The notes: generated by a model not told the origin, from the letters alone. DNA of 64,000 nt from Eledone cirrhosa (GCA_964016885.1 OZ024756.1:16492001-16556000); one strand, 5' to 3'; positions 35,636 to 50,401 are shown, counted from the first letter of the stretch. A program made the numbers and translations.

Positions 35636-37204
35636 ATGGGTTTCAAATGTAGCTTTTGTTCAAAAATTTTTAACCAAAAGTCGGATTTGATGCTTCATGA
35701 AGCTCACCATGCCAGAGAAGCTTTCTTCAGAGCTTGTTCACAACAGCAACAACAACAACAGCACCACCAGCAACAGCAGCAGCAACTGCAACAGCAGCAA
35801 CGACAGCAGCATCAGCAGCAACAGCAGAATAACATATCGAAAAAGACCTCCTTATTGAACTTATCCACTTCTCCTTCGCATCTCCTCAATTTGAAATGTA
35901 TTTACTGCCAAGAAATATTCCACGATCAGTGCACCCTTGCAGAACATGTACAAATGCAGCACTTGGGCAAGAAAGTGCTTACCTGTCACTTGTGTGATAA
36001 GACATTCTCACGTTCATCAGATCTTGCTATTCATATGCGTGTTCATTCTGGCGAGAAGCCATTCTCTTGTAATGTCTGCGACAAGTCGTTCACCCAGCTG
36101 TCAAACCTTGCCACCCACAAGCGTATCCATTCTGGAGAGAAACCCTACCAGTGCCCAGAGTGCTACAAGGCATTCTCAGATTCTTCAGCATTGTCACGCC
36201 ATGTTAGAATTCATTCTGGGGAAAAGCCATTCAAGTGCGACATTTGTTATAAATCTTTTTCCATCTCTTCCAATTTGTCGATGCATTTGCGGACACATTC
36301 AGGTGAGAAACCCTTCCGGTGTGATGTTTGTGATAAAACTTTCTCTCAGTCGGCTCACCTAGCAACTCACATGAGAACACATTGTGGAGATAAAATTTTT
36401 ATATGTAAAGTTTGCGGAAAGGCTTTTACCAATTCTTCTAATTTGGCGTTACATATGACTGTGCACTCTGGGCAGAAGCCATTTACCTGTTACCTGTGTC
36501 ACAGGTCATTCCCTCAGTCATCGCTGCTCTCAGCCCACATGGCGACCCACTCTGCCGAACTAGATGCTGCTGCTATGGGTCGTTTATTCATGTCTCCTGG
36601 CAACAACATCCACCACATGAACGAGAATTCACCAGCGTCTTCTTCGTCGTCCATATCTCCGTCGCATTCCCCATCACCACAGCAGCACCACCAGCTCTCA
36701 ACGACGAATACCATTGCTGCACACAACCACAACCACTACCACATGCAACAGTCGCAGCAACAACATACCGGCATCCGATCCTCCCCCGATCTGCAACCAA
36801 CGTACTCTCACAAGAACAACAAACACATGATCATTGATAAGGACCCGATGCAGCATGTCACAGCGAACCATACGGTCTCTGAAGTAATGGCGTCACTGTC
36901 TGCAAACGAAAAGACTTTCAGAAGAAACAGTGGCTCTGGCACCACTAACAACAACATCATCAGCTGCAACAACAGCATCAACCTCAACAACAGCAGCAGC
37001 ATCAACAACAACTGTGGCAGCAGCAGCAACAACAATAGTAGCAGCAGCAAGCATTCTGGAAACCAGCCAGCCGTAAAAAAGGCGATACCACGTAGCGAGA
37101 TGGTGAAAATATTCCGAGATGTTGCCGAGTCATTATGGGGCGTCAGCGGTGAAGATATCGCTGAAGATATTCGTGAAGATGGCATCATAGGGACAACCTT
37201 TTGA
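35636..37204 (+). CDS. C2H2 zinc-finger transcription factor, 522 aa, 9 fingers, polyQ and N/S/H low-complexity regions
   Basis: Intact ORF with one N-terminal finger, a polyQ tract, then 8 tandem CxxC-x12-H-x3/4-H fingers with SGEKP-type linkers. No KRAB, BTB or ZAD domain seen. Confidence 0.93.
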   Translation: MGFKCSFCSKIFNQKSDLMLHEAHHAREAFFRACSQQQQQQQHHQQQQQQLQQQQRQQHQQQQQNNISKKTSLLNLSTSPSHLLNLKCIYCQEIFHDQCTLAEHVQMQHLGKKVLTCHLCDKTFSRSSDLAIHMRVHSGEKPFSCNVCDKSFTQLSNLATHKRIHSGEKPYQCPECYKAFSDSSALSRHVRIHSGEKPFKCDICYKSFSISSNLSMHLRTHSGEKPFRCDVCDKTFSQSAHLATHMRTHCGDKIFICKVCGKAFTNSSNLALHMTVHSGQKPFTCYLCHRSFPQSSLLSAHMATHSAELDAAAMGRLFMSPGNNIHHMNENSPASSSSSISPSHSPSPQQHHQLSTTNTIAAHNHNHYHMQQSQQQHTGIRSSPDLQPTYSHKNNKHMIIDKDPMQHVTANHTVSEVMASLSANEKTFRRNSGSGTTNNNIISCNNSINLNNSSSINNNCGSSSNNNSSSSKHSGNQPAVKKAIPRSEMVKIFRDVAESLWGVSGEDIAEDIREDGIIGTTF

Positions 37205-37211
37205 ATCTTCA

Positions 37212-37217
37212 AATAAA
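37212..37217 (+). promoter_or_regulatory. Candidate polyadenylation signal AATAAA
   Basis: Lies just downstream of the stop codon; weak evidence in AT-rich DNA. Confidence 0.3.
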
Positions 37218-37274
37218 CAATTAACAAACACTCTTAAAAATAACTACACCCACACATACACATTGGTGTGAATC

Positions 37275-37601
<327 letters not shown>

Positions 37602-37693
37602 AAACAAACTAGGTTAGAGGCTGCTGTTTGTTTGTATTAAACTTTTGATGAAATTAGAAACTGTAGATTGCTATTATTATTATTATTATTATC

Positions 37694-37726
<33 letters not shown>

Positions 37727-38214
37727 TTAAGTTCTTTCCACTTTTTTTTTTCTTAAGAAAGAGAAACCAATTATGACGCCGAGTAAACATGTCTTTATCA
37801 CCATTATTATTATTATTATTATTATTACTACTATTAGTATCACCACTCTTTGTCTTCTTCTTCTTATGGTTGATTGGCAGAATCGGTAGAGCGACGAACA
37901 AAATGGCTTCTGGTATTTATTCCTGGCCCTTTAATTCCAGGGTCAGTTTTACCATTTATTCTTCAGGGGCTGAGTACATGTCAATAAAATACCAGGTAAA
38001 TAATTCTCCCCCAAATTTGTTTTACCTGAATCATCATCATTATCACCATCATCATCATCATCATTATTATGAATAACAATAATAATAATAATGATTTCTT
38101 TATTAGCCAGACAGGGCTCACATTAAGACATTAAAGACAGCACATGAAGGTACAGTGTGAGGTTTTGTGTGTAAAATAAAAAAGGGTGATAACAAAAGCT
38201 AAAAAATTAAAAAG

Positions 38215-38573
38215 TACAAATTTAAATACAAGTTTAAATATTTGAAAGCCCTACAATGCGTACAAGATTAAAAGTGCCAAGGAGATAATAGGAGCTATAG
38301 AGGAAAGAATGAGGATGATCAAATTTTACTTTAGCAAATTTATTTATCACAAATATTTTCGGGTTTAAAAACTCATTATCAAGAGAGGATCCGTGTGTAG
38401 GTGCTTAAAGAGTAATTGGAGAAGAGTTGTTTGGCTGGTAGATTTAATTTAAATTTTGCTACGGTAAAATTCTATCGTCCCCATTCTTTCCTCTATAACT
38501 CCTATTACCTTGGCACCTTTAATCTTGTAAGCATTGTAGGGTTTTCAAATATTTAAACTTATTTAAATTTGTA
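38215..38573. repeat. Long inverted repeat (~125-bp arms, ~110-bp spacer)
   Basis: 38215-38341 (TACAAATTTAAATA...CCCTACAATGC...GAGGAAAGAATG...TAGCAAATTT) is the reverse complement of 38451-38573. Confidence 0.85.
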
Positions 38574-39110
38574 TTTCCTATTCCACAATGCTTCAAGCAA
38601 ACTAAAACACTCTAAAAAAATAAACATTTATGGATCAAAGAAACAAAAACTAATTTCCCCATTATGGAGGGGGACCTCTCTCTGATGTGGAAACAATGAA
38701 AGCCCACAAAAAAATCATGGTCACCTTGATCGCTTGGGCAAGTGCCCTCTCCCAGTTGTTCTACAATAATAATAGTAATTTTAGGAAGGCCACATATTGC
38801 TGAAATATAGTCATATATTATACTAACTGGCCCCATGTTGTAAAAATTGATGGCTAATTGTAATATCTATACATAATATAAAAAAGATATTGGTTGGTTG
38901 ATTGGTTGGTTTGTTCCTTCCTTTGCGCTCACACAAGTGATACAGACACACAGCTGTGACAAATCTTAGAACGCTGGACTTCTATAGTTTCTCACCCCAC
39001 CTTCCTCAGTCAACGGATAAATACACAAGTAGATTATTTATTGCCTTTCATTGCTCCGGAGTATGGATTAGATGGATGTATGAGTATATAGGGTTTGGCT
39101 CAGCCATTAA

Positions 39111-39261
39111 CCCTTTAGCATTTACATTAGTCTATATTTACTATTATATTCTCATGGTAATAATTATCTCACATAATATTGAATCTATGAGATTTTGAGA
39201 GGCTGGTTTGAACAAGGTGAGAGAATTCTGGCTGGATATGACGGGTTTACATGTTAAAGGG
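39111..39261. mobile_element. piggyBac-like MITE, internally deleted
   Basis: TTAA|CCCTTTAGCATTTA ... ATGTTAAAGGG|TTAA. Confidence 0.8.
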
Positions 39262-39339
39262 TTAAACTTAGTACCAGTAATTTATTGTAGTCAACTTCAA
39301 TCTTTTCATAAACTGCCCAATGTCAGAAATCACAATATA

Positions 39340-40226
39340 CGAGGTGTCAGAAATTTTCCAGGACTGATGTCACAAAAAATTTATTTCAAACCTAAACTTC
39401 ACACTAAGAGTTTTCTCCTTCAAAGTAATCCCCCTGGAGTAGGTATGTAACTGTAATCTTAGCTCTCTGAGGCGATCAAACTTTTTTCTTCATAGTTTTA
39501 TATACATGTCTTCTGTTTCAGGTCGTCAAGCAATGAGCACAGAGCAACGAATAAACTTGAAAACTCCGTCAGAAGCACTGGGATTGCTGCAGCAAGTGTC
39601 TGGAGATTAGACGATGTCACGCTCACGTGTATTTGAGTGGTGCAAGAAGTTTAAAGAAGGACGCAGGGACGTGGAAGATGACCCCAGGAACGGAAGGCCC
39701 TCAACAACCAGGACTGAGGTCAACGTTGAGCGCATCAGGCAGATGGTGCGTAGCGATCGTCGGCTGACAGTTCGACTGATGGCAAATGAGCTGGGCATGA
39801 ATCGGGGCAGCGTCTGGAAGATTCTCACTGAAGATTTGGACATGCGCGAAGATGGTGCCAAAACTGCTGAACGATGACCAGAAGGGTCGACGCATGCAAG
39901 TGTCCCAGGACATCCTTGAGTGTCTTGAAACTGAACCAGACTTGCTAGAGACAGTCATCACTGGTGATGAGTCATGGATCTTCGAGTACGACCCGGAGGG
40001 GACGCGTTTTGAAGACGTGGACGACATCAAAAGGGCCATGACAACGGAACTGCGGAGGATCCCGGAAGAATCCTTCCAGGAGTGCATGCAAACGTGGCAG
40101 AAAAGGATGGAAAAGTGCATTAGACTCCAGGGGGATTACTTTGAAGGAGAAAACTCTTAGTGTGAAGTTTGGGTTTGAAATAAATCTTTTGTGACATCAG
40201 TCCTGGAACTTTTCTGACCCACCTCG
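39340..40226 (+). mobile_element. Internally deleted mariner transposon with ~100-bp TIRs
   Basis: TA|CGAGG...CCTCG|TA; HTH region VFEWCKKFKEGR..DDPRNGRP, MVPKLL (WVP motif), ITGDESW, C-terminal GDYFE; middle of the catalytic domain deleted. Confidence 0.92.
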
Positions 40227-40250
40227 TACATGTTAATATCATCATCATCA

Positions 40251-40795
40251 AGGGCGGTGAATTGGCAGTATCGGTGGAGGGTCGGACGCCATGCTTTACA
40301 GCAGAGAGTTACGGCCCTTTATGGTCTGAGTTCAAATCCCACCGAGGTTAACTTTTCCTTTCATCCTTACGGGGTCGATAAAATAAAGTACCAGTAATGT
40401 ACTGGGTAATTGCTGGCCTTGTGCCAAAAAGTAGAAACAATATTATCATTATCAGGGAAATCCTGCAGAGGTTAACTTTGCCTTTCATCCTTACAGAGTT
40501 GATGATAAATAAAGTACCAGTAATATACTAGGGTCAGTTTGATTCAGAAGAAACCATTATTATTATTATTAACATTCGGGTGGTGGGGTGACAGTATTGG
40601 TAGAGTGTCGGACAAAATGATTTGCTGCATATAGTTATGGACCTTTACATTCTGAGTTCAAATCCTGCTACGATTTGCTTTACCTTTTATCCTTATGGGG
40701 TCAGTGAAATAAAGTACTAGTAATGCACTGGGGTTGATTTAATTGACATTCCCCCCCACCATGACCTTGTGCCTAAATCAGAAAACATTCTTATT
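40251..40795 (+). mobile_element. Cluster of three SINE family B copies
   Basis: CCTTTCATCCTTAC...ATAAAGTAC.AGTAAT blocks at ~40350, 40475 and 40680. Confidence 0.8.
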
Positions 40796-41094
40796 ATAGC
40801 TGTAAAAAGATACTGGTGACTGAAGGACCAGTAGTTTTGTGCCCAAAGGAATTTTATGAATCTTCAGAATGAATTTCTGCTCCTTTTGTATAAATTCATA
40901 GCTATGACATAATGTATATTTATATCTATCTATCTATCTATATATATATATATATATACATCTCTCAGGAGAGAGAGAATGTGTGTGTGTATATATATGT
41001 ATGAGGGACTCTCCCGTTGATTTGACATGGTGGTTCAACAGTTTTTTTTCAGTTCATCATTTTATGTTTATGTCTCAAATGGCACTTAATCCAG

Positions 41095-42712
41095 CTTCTG
41101 ATTTACACATCAATCCGCATTTGGTGCAGCTGACAGGATCTTAAACAGAGCAGGCTGGAATGACTGACTGGACTTTGGTGTCAGATCTTATCTCACAGAG
41201 ATGGGCTAAACGAGATTTCTCAAAGTTCTTTATACCTTCGTAGCAGACAGTTCTCCATTGTTCACTGTTGGCAGTCATGGCTTCAAACAAAGAAAGGCGT
41301 ACGTTGACAGGCTTAAGATTGTACTTCAGGTGGTCCTTATATCGGAGTAGTGGCCTGTCCACACTATGCACACCATCCTGTAGCTGACAGTCCAATAGTA
41401 CCTCAGGTGTGTGGTCCTCTGACATCCGTAGGACATGACCAGCACATCTGAGTTGGGATTGCATCAGAAATGATTCAATTCCACCAATGTTGCACCTTGT
41501 GAACAATTCAGCATTGGAGACTGTCAGAAAGTACATATCCATAGACAGAGCAAAGACAGCATTTGTGGAAGACATCACGGTTATGTATGTAAGTGCGGTA
41601 AAGTGCCCATGGCTCTGAGCCATATAAGAGTGTGGTCAGTATCACTGCACGATAAACTGAAACTTTTGTTTTCGGGGACATTCTTCTGGCACTTCATAGG
41701 TGGTGATGTAGTCTGCCAAAAGCATCCATTGCCTTAGAGATGCAATTAACAATCTCATCAGCCAGGGATGCAGAGTGGTTCACCTTGCTGCCAAGGTAAG
41801 TAAAGGAGCTCACATATTTGCCATCAATAGTGATGGGTGCAAGAAGATGCCTTTCATCTGTTCAACGCCTCCTGCATACCTGGGGGATAGCTTTCGTTGA
41901 TGTACCACCTGTGTCTTGGTGCTGATTGTTAGACCAAAAGCCTTACAGGCAAGCAAAATGCGGTTCATCAGTTCCTGTGCTTCTTTGAGGGGTGTTGCAA
42001 CAAGTGCAGCAAACAGTAAATCGGATGATACTTGTTCGTGTGAGTGTTTCAGCCGTAAAGCGCTGATAGTTGAATAGCCCACCAAATGCCATGCTGGAGC
42101 ATTACAGAAAAGAACAAAGCAAAGAGGACAGGAGCCATGACACAACCCTGCTTCACACTATTTTTAACAGCAAAGGGTTCGAAGCATTCACCATCTGACA
42201 TAACTGATGCTTTTATACCCACATGGAAGGATATAATATTTAGCATATTATCAGGTATGCCAAGCTTTTTCATGATTTTCCAAAGAGCTTGGCAATTGAC
42301 AGTGTCAAAGGCCTTAGTCAGGTCAACAAAAGCCATAAACAGCTCTTGGTTCCTTTCACAATCCTTCTCTGCGACCTGGTGAAGAGAGAAAATCATGTCA
42401 ATAGTACTCCGACTAGGGCAGAAACCACATTGATTTTCAGGGTAGATATCATTAACAAGTCTGGATGTAATTCTGTTGGGGATAACACTGGAAAGTATCT
42501 TACCAGCAATACAGAGAAGGTAGATTTTTTTTTACCTTTATTTTTGAACAGGTGGATTATCAATGCATCTCTGATGTCCCGGGGGATGCTCCCAACTCTT
42601 CAGATCTCTAGGAATAGCTGAAGAAGCCTACAAACCAGTTTTTTACTACCATATTTGAAGATTTCAGATGGGATGCCATCTTTTCCAGGAGCCTTATTGG
42701 ATGATAGCTGTT
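41095..42712 (-). mobile_element. Decayed RTE/BovB-like LINE
   Basis: FVDLTKAFDTV, VKQGCVMAPVLF, DLLFA, FGLTIS.KT, QLR.AGHV.RM, RP.LRYKD motifs across frameshifted ORFs. Confidence 0.87.
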
Positions 42713-42714
42713 TA

Positions 42715-43680
42715 TGAGTGGCCCAGCTTATGTTGTCCAAAATTACTCCCAAGTCTCTGATGTTGGATGCCAAGAGAGTTTCACATGAAGTATGGGAGTT
42801 TCAGGGTATCCTCTTTTCCAAACTGGATTAATTTAAATTTATGTTCGTTCGGCAGCATGTTCTTTTCTGACTGTTGAATAACACCCAGTAGATCTGATTT
42901 GAGGCATATCTGGTCACCCACCTCATTGATGACCTTCTGGAGCTTGGAATCATCTGCAAAGATTTTATGCTGCTGTGCTTGATAATGTCATTAATATAGA
43001 TAATGAAAAGAAGTGGACCCACCGCAGTGCCTTGTTAGACCACTACTGACTTTGGCTGGCCTGGATTTTACTCCTTCGACTGTTGGGCTCTGACAGGAAA
43101 CACTTGATCCACTGCAGCAATTTTCCAGTGACACCGCTGTTCGATAGTTTTCTCAGTAGAATGTGATCAACCCTGTCAAAGGCCTTGCTGAAATCAAGGT
43201 AGATGACATCAGTGTTGGAGCCCTCTCCCAAAGCTCAAAATATCATCAAAGTGATGTAGTAGCTGTGTTAGGCAATCCCTTCCATTACGGAACCCATGTT
43301 GGTTGGAGTTCAGCAGTCTTTTGCTTTCAAGAAAGTGAGTCATTCATGATCTCACCATCCTCTCAAATACCTTAATGATATGAGAGATAAGTCTGATTGG
43401 ACAGTAATTCACGGCAAGGGATTTGTTTTTATTTTTAAGACTGGGATAGTAAGTTTTCTGGTAAATATCTAGCATCTAGTGAGTTCCTCCACAGATTAGC
43501 AAGTTAGTGTCAACACACCTTCAGGACACAAGCAGGGAACCTGTTGGGCCTACTGCTGAATTGTGTTGAGTTTCTTTTATTGCCGCTAAGACATCAGGGA
43601 CGCCAAACTTTATGTTCGATATAGTGTGTTGGGGACTAACATCACTGATACAGCCCAGATCAGCCATGTCAAGATTGCAG
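42715..43680 (-). mobile_element. Decayed CR1-clade LINE fragment (same family as 51648-53947)
   Basis: GEGSNTDVIYLDFSKAFDRVDH and GPLLFIIYINDI. Confidence 0.85.
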
Positions 43681-43734
43681 AAAACAGAAAAATTGCTGGA
43701 AAAAAAAAAATATATATATATATATATATCACCA

Positions 43735-44275
43735 TCATCCTTCGACTCCTGTAGGCAGTCGGAACTCTCTTTCTTGACAATCCCTTTCCACACTGTTCAG
43801 TCCTGCATTGCTGTGCCCAGATCTCTTATGTCCAACCCTGAGTCCTGAGCTATGGTGTCTGGGAAAGTCAGTTTTCGTAAATAGACACATCCAGAGGGGT
43901 GCCACAGAAGGAGAGATGAAATGATTTCTTTGTTGGCTCGATGACGGTGACCAACAAACTGTAGTCTTTTTTGCTTGAGTCTGAGGAGTATTGGAATCAA
44001 ATCTCCGTAGATGGTCTCAAGTGTTGTGTGTGATCTCCAGCTTATGTTTTTGATTCTTCTGAGCAGATTTGTATATGCTCCATCCAGCCATCTTTCAAGA
44101 CGAACAGATAAGGTCCATGTTTCTGATCCATATAGTAGTACTGGTTCAATCAATGTTCAAAAGATTTGGACTTTTAAGGAGGATGATAAATTTGAGCGCC
44201 AAGTCTTGTCAAGCCTGTTGCACGCTTCCTATAACAGAGATTTATGGTTGTTGAAATCTTTTTGGAAGTCTATGA
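43735..44275 (-). mobile_element. RTE-group LINE 3' fragment
   Basis: IEPVLLYGSETWTL..LDGAYT.LLR..RLQFVGH; ends GATGATGGTG next to a TA tract. Confidence 0.8.
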
Positions 44276-44407
44276 CATATATGTATATATATACATGTAT
44301 ATGTACATACATATATATACATGTATATGGATATATATACATGTATATGTACATATATATACATGTATAAGTATATCTATACATGTATATGTACATATAT
44401 ATATATA

Positions 44408-44742
44408 TAGTTATGTAATAAACAACATAAGATAATTAATTCATTTACCAGTGGTTTCTTGAAAGCAAATAAACCTGCTTTCAGTTGTCAGAATGAAAGA
44501 AACCTGGTGTTTTTATTAAATGTGGATTTGAAAACAAAAATATAAGGAATATGAAAGTGAGGGAAGTGAGGAAACAACATATTTCTTATGTTTGTTTTCA
44601 AATTCACATTTAATAAAAACACCAAGACTGAAAGCAGATTTATTTGCTTTCAAGAAACCACTGGTAAATGAAATAATTATCTTATGTTGTTTATTACATA
44701 ACTAATAAGCTCTGTAACCTATTTTCTTGTACCTTTCCGACG
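44408..44742. mobile_element. Inverted dimer of the short hammerhead element seen at 32275-32538
   Basis: 44408-44580 is a minus copy whose core reads CTGACAA; 44590-44742 is a plus copy lacking the CTGACGA core. Confidence 0.8.
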
Positions 44743-45284
44743 ATATGTATGTATATATATGTGTGTATGTATGTATGTATATATGTATGTATGTATGTAT
44801 GTATATATGTATGTATATATATATGTATGTATATATGTATGTATATATGTATGTATGTATATATGTATGTATATATGTATGTATGTATATATATATGTAT
44901 GTATATATGTATGTATATATATATGTATGTATATATATATGTATGTATATATGTATGTATGTATATATATATGTATGTATATATATATGTATGTATATAT
45001 ATATATGTATGTATATATATATATGTATGTATATATATATATGTATGTATATATATATGTATGTATATATATATGTATGTATATATATATATGTATGTAT
45101 ATATATATATGTATGTATATATATATATGTATGTATATATATATATGTATGTATATATATATATATGTATGTATATATATATATGTATGTATATATATAT
45201 ATGTATGTATATATATATATGTATGTATATATATATATATGTATGTATATATATATATGTATGTATATATATATATGTATGTAT

Positions 45285-45325
<41 letters not shown>

Positions 45326-45470
45326 TGTATGTATATATATATGTATGTATATATATATGTATGTATATATATATGTATGTATATATATATGTATGTATAT
45401 ATATATGTATGTATATATATATATATATGTATATATATATTATATGTATATATATATATATATGTATGTG

Positions 45471-45510
<40 letters not shown>

Positions 45511-45671
45511 TATGTATATATATATATGTATGTATATATATATATATGTATGTATATATATATATATGTATGTATATATATATATATGTATGTATATATA
45601 TATATGTATGTATATATATATATATGTATGTATATATATATATATGTATGTATATATATATATATGTATGT

Positions 45672-45712
<41 letters not shown>

Positions 45713-45859
45713 TATATGTATGTATATATATATATATGTATGTATATATATATATATGTATGTATATATATATATGTATGTATATATATATATATGTATG
45801 TATATATATATATATGTATGTATATATATATATATGTATGTATATATATATGTATGTAT

Positions 45860-45893
<34 letters not shown>

Positions 45894-45929
45894 GTATATA
45901 TGTATGTATATATATATATATGTATGTAT

Positions 45930-45970
<41 letters not shown>

Positions 45971-46003
45971 TATATGTATGTATATATATATATATGTATG
46001 TAT

Positions 46004-46044
<41 letters not shown>

Positions 46045-46141
46045 TATATGTATGTATATATATATATATGTATGTATATATATGTATATATATGTATGTA
46101 TATATATGTATATATATATATATGTATGTATATATATGTAT

Positions 46142-46182
<41 letters not shown>

Positions 46183-46633
46183 TGTATGTATGTATATATA
46201 TATGTATGTATGTATATATATATGTATGTATATATGATATATATGTATATATATATATGTATGTATGTATATATATATATGTATGTATATATATATATAT
46301 GTATGTATATATATATGTATGTATGTATATATATATATGTATGTATATATATATATGTATATATATATATATGTATGTATATATATATATATGTATGTAT
46401 ATATATATATATGTATGTATATATATATATGTATGTATATATATATGTATGTATATATATATATGTATGTATATATATATATGTATGTATATATATATAT
46501 GTATGTATATATATATATATGTATGTATATATATATATATGTATGTATGTATATATATATGTATATATATATGTATATATATGTATGTATATATCTGTAT
46601 GTATATATATGTATGTATGTATATATATGTATG

Positions 46634-46676
<43 letters not shown>

Positions 46677-46691
46677 GTATATATATGTATG

Positions 46692-46724
<33 letters not shown>

Positions 46725-46925
46725 GTATGTATGTATGTATATATGTATGTATATATATATATATGTATGTATATATGTATGTATGTATGTATATATGTAT
46801 GTATATATATATATATGTATGTATATATATATATGTGTATATGTATATATATGTATGTATATATATATGTATGTATATATATATGTATGTATATATATAT
46901 ATATGTATGTATATATATATATATG

Positions 46926-46962
<37 letters not shown>

Positions 46963-47396
46963 TGTATATATGTGTATGTATGTATATATGTGTATGTATG
47001 TATATATATGTGTATGTATGTATATATATGTATGTATGTATCTGTATGTATATGTGTATGTATGTATATATATGTATGTATGTATATGTATGATATGTAT
47101 ATGTATGTATGTATATATATATATGTATATATATGTATGTATGTATATGTATGTATGTATATATATGTATGTATGTATATGTATGTATATGTATGTATGT
47201 ATATATATATATGTATATATATGTATGTATGTATATGTATGTATGTATATATGTATATGTATGTATGTATATATATATATGTATGTATATGTATGTATGT
47301 ATATATATATATGTATGTATATGTATGTATGTATATATATATATGTATATATATGTATGTATGTATGTATATATATGTATATATATATATGTATGT

Positions 47397-47444
<48 letters not shown>

Positions 47445-47460
47445 GTATATGTATGTATGT

Positions 47461-47501
<41 letters not shown>

Positions 47502-47959
47502 TGTATATATATATGTGTATGTATATATATGTATATATATATGTGTATGTATATATATATGTATATATATATATGTATGTATATATATATGTGTATGTAT
47601 ATATATATGTATGTATATATATATGTGTATGTATATATATATGTATGTATATATATATGTATGTATATATGTATGTATGTATATATGTATGTATATATAT
47701 ATATATGTATGTATATATATATATATGTATGTATATATATATATATGTATATGTATTTATATATATGTATATGTATTTATATATATATGTATTTATATAT
47801 ATATATATGTATTTATATATATATGTATATATATATATATGTATGTATATATATATATATGTATGTATATATATATATGTATGTATATATATATATATGT
47901 ATGTATGTATATATATATGTATATATATATGTATATATGTATGTATATATATGTATGTA

Positions 47960-47991
<32 letters not shown>

Positions 47992-48454
47992 GTATGTATG
48001 TATATATATATATGTATATATATATATGTATGTATATATGTATGTATATATATATATGTATGTATATATATATATATGTATGTATATATATATATGTGTA
48101 TATGTATATATGTATGTATATATATATATGTGTATATGTATATATATATATGTATGTATATACTATATATGTCTCTATGTATATGTATATATATGTATGT
48201 ATATATATATATGTATGTATATATATCTATATGTATGTATATAAATATGTATGTATATATATATGTATGTATATATATATGTATGTATATATATATATAT
48301 ATATGTATATATATGTATGTATATATATATATATATATGTATATATATGTATGTATATATATATATGTATGTATATATATATATGTATGTATATATATAT
48401 ATATGTATATATATGTATGTATATATATATATGTATGTATATATATATTGTATG

Positions 48455-48487
<33 letters not shown>

Positions 48488-48908
48488 GTATATATATGTA
48501 TATATATGTATGTATGTATATGTATGTATGTATATATATGTATGTATGTATATGTATGTATGTATATATATATGTATATGTATGTATATGTATGTATGTA
48601 TATATATATATATGTATATGTATGTATGTATGTATATATATGTATGTATGTATATGTATGTATGTATATATATGTATGTATGTATATGTATGTATGTATA
48701 TATATATATGTATATATATGTATGTATGTGTATGTATGTATATATATATATGTATATGTATGTATGTATGTATGTATATGTATGTATGTATATATATATA
48801 TGTATATAAATGTATGTATGTATATATATATATGTATATATATGTATGTATGTATATATATGTATGTATGTATATATATGTATGTATATGTATGTATGTA
48901 TATATATG

Positions 48909-48940
<32 letters not shown>

Positions 48941-49314
48941 TATGTATGTATGTATATATATATATGTATATGTATGTATGTATGATATGTATGTATATAT
49001 ATGTATGTATATAGTATGTATATGTATATGTATGTTGTAGTATATATATATGTATGTATGTATATATATATGTATTGTATATATATATATATATGTATGT
49101 ATATATATATATGTTATGTACTATATCTTATGTATATACTATACTATACTGTCATGATATATATATGTATGTATATATATATGTATGTATATATATATAT
49201 AAGTATGTATATGTATGTATGTATATATATGTATGATATATATGTATGAATATATGTATGTAATACTATATGTATGTATATATATGTATGTATATGTATG
49301 TATATATATGTATG

Positions 49315-49357
<43 letters not shown>

Positions 49358-49380
49358 GTATGTATGTATGTATATGTATG

Positions 49381-49451
<71 letters not shown>

Positions 49452-49652
49452 GTATGTATATATATGTATGTATGTATATGTATGTATATATATATATATG
49501 TATATGTATGTATATATATATATATGTATGTATATATATATATGTATATATATATGTATATATATATATATATGTATGTATATATATATATGTATGTATA
49601 TATATATATGTATGTATATATATATATGTATGTATATTATATATGTATGTAT

Positions 49653-49686
<34 letters not shown>

Positions 49687-49688
49687 GT

Positions 49689-49747
<59 letters not shown>

Positions 49748-50401
49748 TATGTGTATGTATATATATATGTGTATGTATATATATATGTGTATGTATATAT
49801 ATATGTGTATGTATATATATATGTATATATATATATGCTATGTATATATATATATGTATGTATATATATATGTGTATGTATATATATATGTACTGTATAT
49901 ATATATGTATGTATATATATATGTATGTATCTATATATGTATGTATATATATATGTATGTATGTATATATGTATGTATATATATATGTATGTATATATAT
50001 ATGTATGTATATATATATGTATGTATATATATATGTATGTATATATATATGTATGTAATATATACTGTATGTATATATGTCATGTACTCTACATACTGTA
50101 TACTATATATTCTGATATCATACTGTATGTATATATGTATGTATGTATATATGTATGTATGTATGTATATATATATGTATGTATATATGTATGTATATAT
50201 ATATGTATGTCATACTATGTCTGTATACTATATATGTATGTATATATATATGTATGTATCTATATACTGTACTGTACTACTATACATGTATGTATATATA
50301 TATGTATGTATATATATATGTATGTATATATATATGTATGTATATATATATGTATGTATATATATATGTATGTATATATATATGTATGTATATATATATG
50401 T

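Noticed and set aside
36496-37227. Overlapping and antisense ORFs in the ZF gene
   Set aside because: Shadow frames of CAG/AAC-rich coding sequence.
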